This document shows, in pieces, positions 56,216 to 57,599 of a DNA stretch of 57,599 bases (position 1 is the first letter of the stretch; each line of letters begins with the position of its first letter). The stretch is from Clostridia bacterium. Its GTDB lineage: Bacteria; Bacillota; Clostridia; CAKSNL01; HGM11501. Both the position numbers and the translations under genes were made by a program. The DNA lies in NCBI GenBank assembly GCA_045545475.1, contig JAZQAZ010000003.1, forward strand, positions 1-57,599, read 5' to 3'. The notes beneath the pieces were generated by a model, which was not told the DNA's origin, made no database searches, and was given only the letters and a program-made list of their open reading frames with translations.

Positions 56216-57454
56216 ATGAAGACAAGAGCTGCACGCCTTTACGGTGCAAACGATGTAAGACTTGAAGAATTTGAGCTTCGCCCCATAACTTCGGGGGAAA
56301 TTTTAATAAAAATAATTTCTGACAGCGTATGCATGTCAACTCACAAAACCATTTTGCAGGGTAAAAACCATTTAAGAGTTCCCGATGACGTGGAAGAAAA
56401 TCCCGTTATAATCGGTCACGAATTCTGTGCAGAGGTTGTTGAGGTCGGCGACAAGTGGAAGGACTCCTTTAAGGTAGGCGACAAAGTTGTAATGCCTCCC
56501 GTTCTTGCATATCTTGGCGGCCCCGAAACCGTAGGCTATACCTTCCGGGAAATCGGCGGTGTTTCAACCTACTCCATTGTTTATGAACATATTTTAGACA
56601 ACAACTTTTTAATGAAGCTTGAAAGCGACTCCTATTTTAACGGTTCTTTGATTGAGCCTGCCTCCTGCGTTATAAGAGGCTACAAGGCAAGTTTACACCT
56701 TAACGAGGACCTGCTACCCTACGCCGGAATAAAGGCAGGCGGCAAGGTGGCAATTCTTGCAGGTTGCGGTCCCATGGGACTTGTTGCCATCGATATTGCA
56801 CTTCACGGTAACGTAAAGCCTTCAATGGTTGTTGTAACCGATATCGATCAGGCAAGACTTGACCGTGCTGCTTCAATCTTTTCTGTTGAAAAAGCCAAAG
56901 AGGACGGAATTGAGCTGATTTTCGTCGCAACCTCAGACAAGGATGAGCTTATGGAAATTTCAGGAGGCAGCGGTTTTGACGATGTATTTGTATATGCGCC
57001 GGTTTCTTCGGTAGTTGAGCTCGGCGATGCGATTTTAGGCTTTGACGGTTCCTTAAACTTCTTTGCAGGCCCTCTTGATAAGAAATTCAGTGCCAACTTC
57101 AATTTTTATAATGTTCACTATGCTCAGCACCACGTTTCCGGTACAAGCGGAAGCACTCCCGAAGATATGAGGGATATATTAAAACTCATAGGCGAAAAGA
57201 GACTTGATCCTTCGGTTATGATAACACATATCGGCGGTATTGATGCGGCAATTGAAACCACCGTCAACCTCCCGAAAATTCCAGGAGGAAAGAAACTTAT
57301 ATATACCCATATTGAGCTTCCCCTAACCGCACTAACCGACTTTGAAAAACTTGGCGAAAAAGATGACAGATTCAAGGTTCTTGACAAGCTAGTTAAAGAA
57401 AATAACGGTCTGTGGTGCACGAAAGCAGAAAAATATTTATTGAAAAATTTCTGA
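56216..57454 (+). CDS. sorE: L-sorbose-1-phosphate reductase-like zinc-binding dehydrogenase
   Basis: DSVCMSTHK, IIGHEF, GCGPMGL, NFYNVHY, IPGGKKLIY. Confidence 0.75.
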   Translation: MKTRAARLYGANDVRLEEFELRPITSGEILIKIISDSVCMSTHKTILQGKNHLRVPDDVEENPVIIGHEFCAEVVEVGDKWKDSFKVGDKVVMPPVLAYLGGPETVGYTFREIGGVSTYSIVYEHILDNNFLMKLESDSYFNGSLIEPASCVIRGYKASLHLNEDLLPYAGIKAGGKVAILAGCGPMGLVAIDIALHGNVKPSMVVVTDIDQARLDRAASIFSVEKAKEDGIELIFVATSDKDELMEISGGSGFDDVFVYAPVSSVVELGDAILGFDGSLNFFAGPLDKKFSANFNFYNVHYAQHHVSGTSGSTPEDMRDILKLIGEKRLDPSVMITHIGGIDAAIETTVNLPKIPGGKKLIYTHIELPLTALTDFEKLGEKDDRFKVLDKLVKENNGLWCTKAEKYLLKNF

Positions 57455-57462
57455 TAACAAAA

Positions 57463-57599
57463 AGGAGATGTAAAAAAAGTCCAGACCGCAAAAAGGCAAA
57501 TAAATTAGTGGATTGGGCAAAGTTACAAACTCTATGTTGTAAAATAGTGTTGAAAAATCGCATTCCTGCGATTTTTCTTCATTTTAAGCCTTTTTGCTA
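57463..57599. repeat. Copy 3 of the structured element (cut by window end)
   Basis: 137 nt identical to the reverse complement of 4987-5123. Confidence 0.9.

Overview
Carbohydrate- and phosphate-scavenging region of a low-GC Firmicute (Clostridia-like: SLH and copper-amine-oxidase-N (CAO-N) surface proteins, sigmaA-type TTGACA-17-TATAAT promoters, AGGAGG RBSs). The left end (1-4830) is an AT-rich accessory stretch: GGDEF protein, Mn catalase, broken amidase, SLH protein. It is followed by GH35 and GH20-like genes, a tandem array of three secreted alkaline phosphatase-GLUG-Ig fusion genes plus a start-less C-terminal cassette, dapA, a Na/Pi symporter, GH127-like, CBM32 and GH99-like genes, and an operon of two atypical glycyl radical enzymes (GCYE / RxCGW) with one activase and two AraC regulators. 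The right half holds oxidoreductases, a tiny poly-Glu lipoprotein, greA, MFS, a leader ORF plus ADP-ribosylglycohydrolase, a seven-gene cluster including a macrodomain, GH2 and a SorC-type aldolase/sorbose-1-P reductase operon. The strongest novelty candidates are (1) a ~250-bp non-coding element present three times with compensatory base-pair changes, (2) the mosaic phosphatase array with its orphan tail and (3) the twin glycyl radical enzyme operon. I saw no rRNA, tRNA, CRISPR array or transposase. Family calls come from motif recognition, not database searches.
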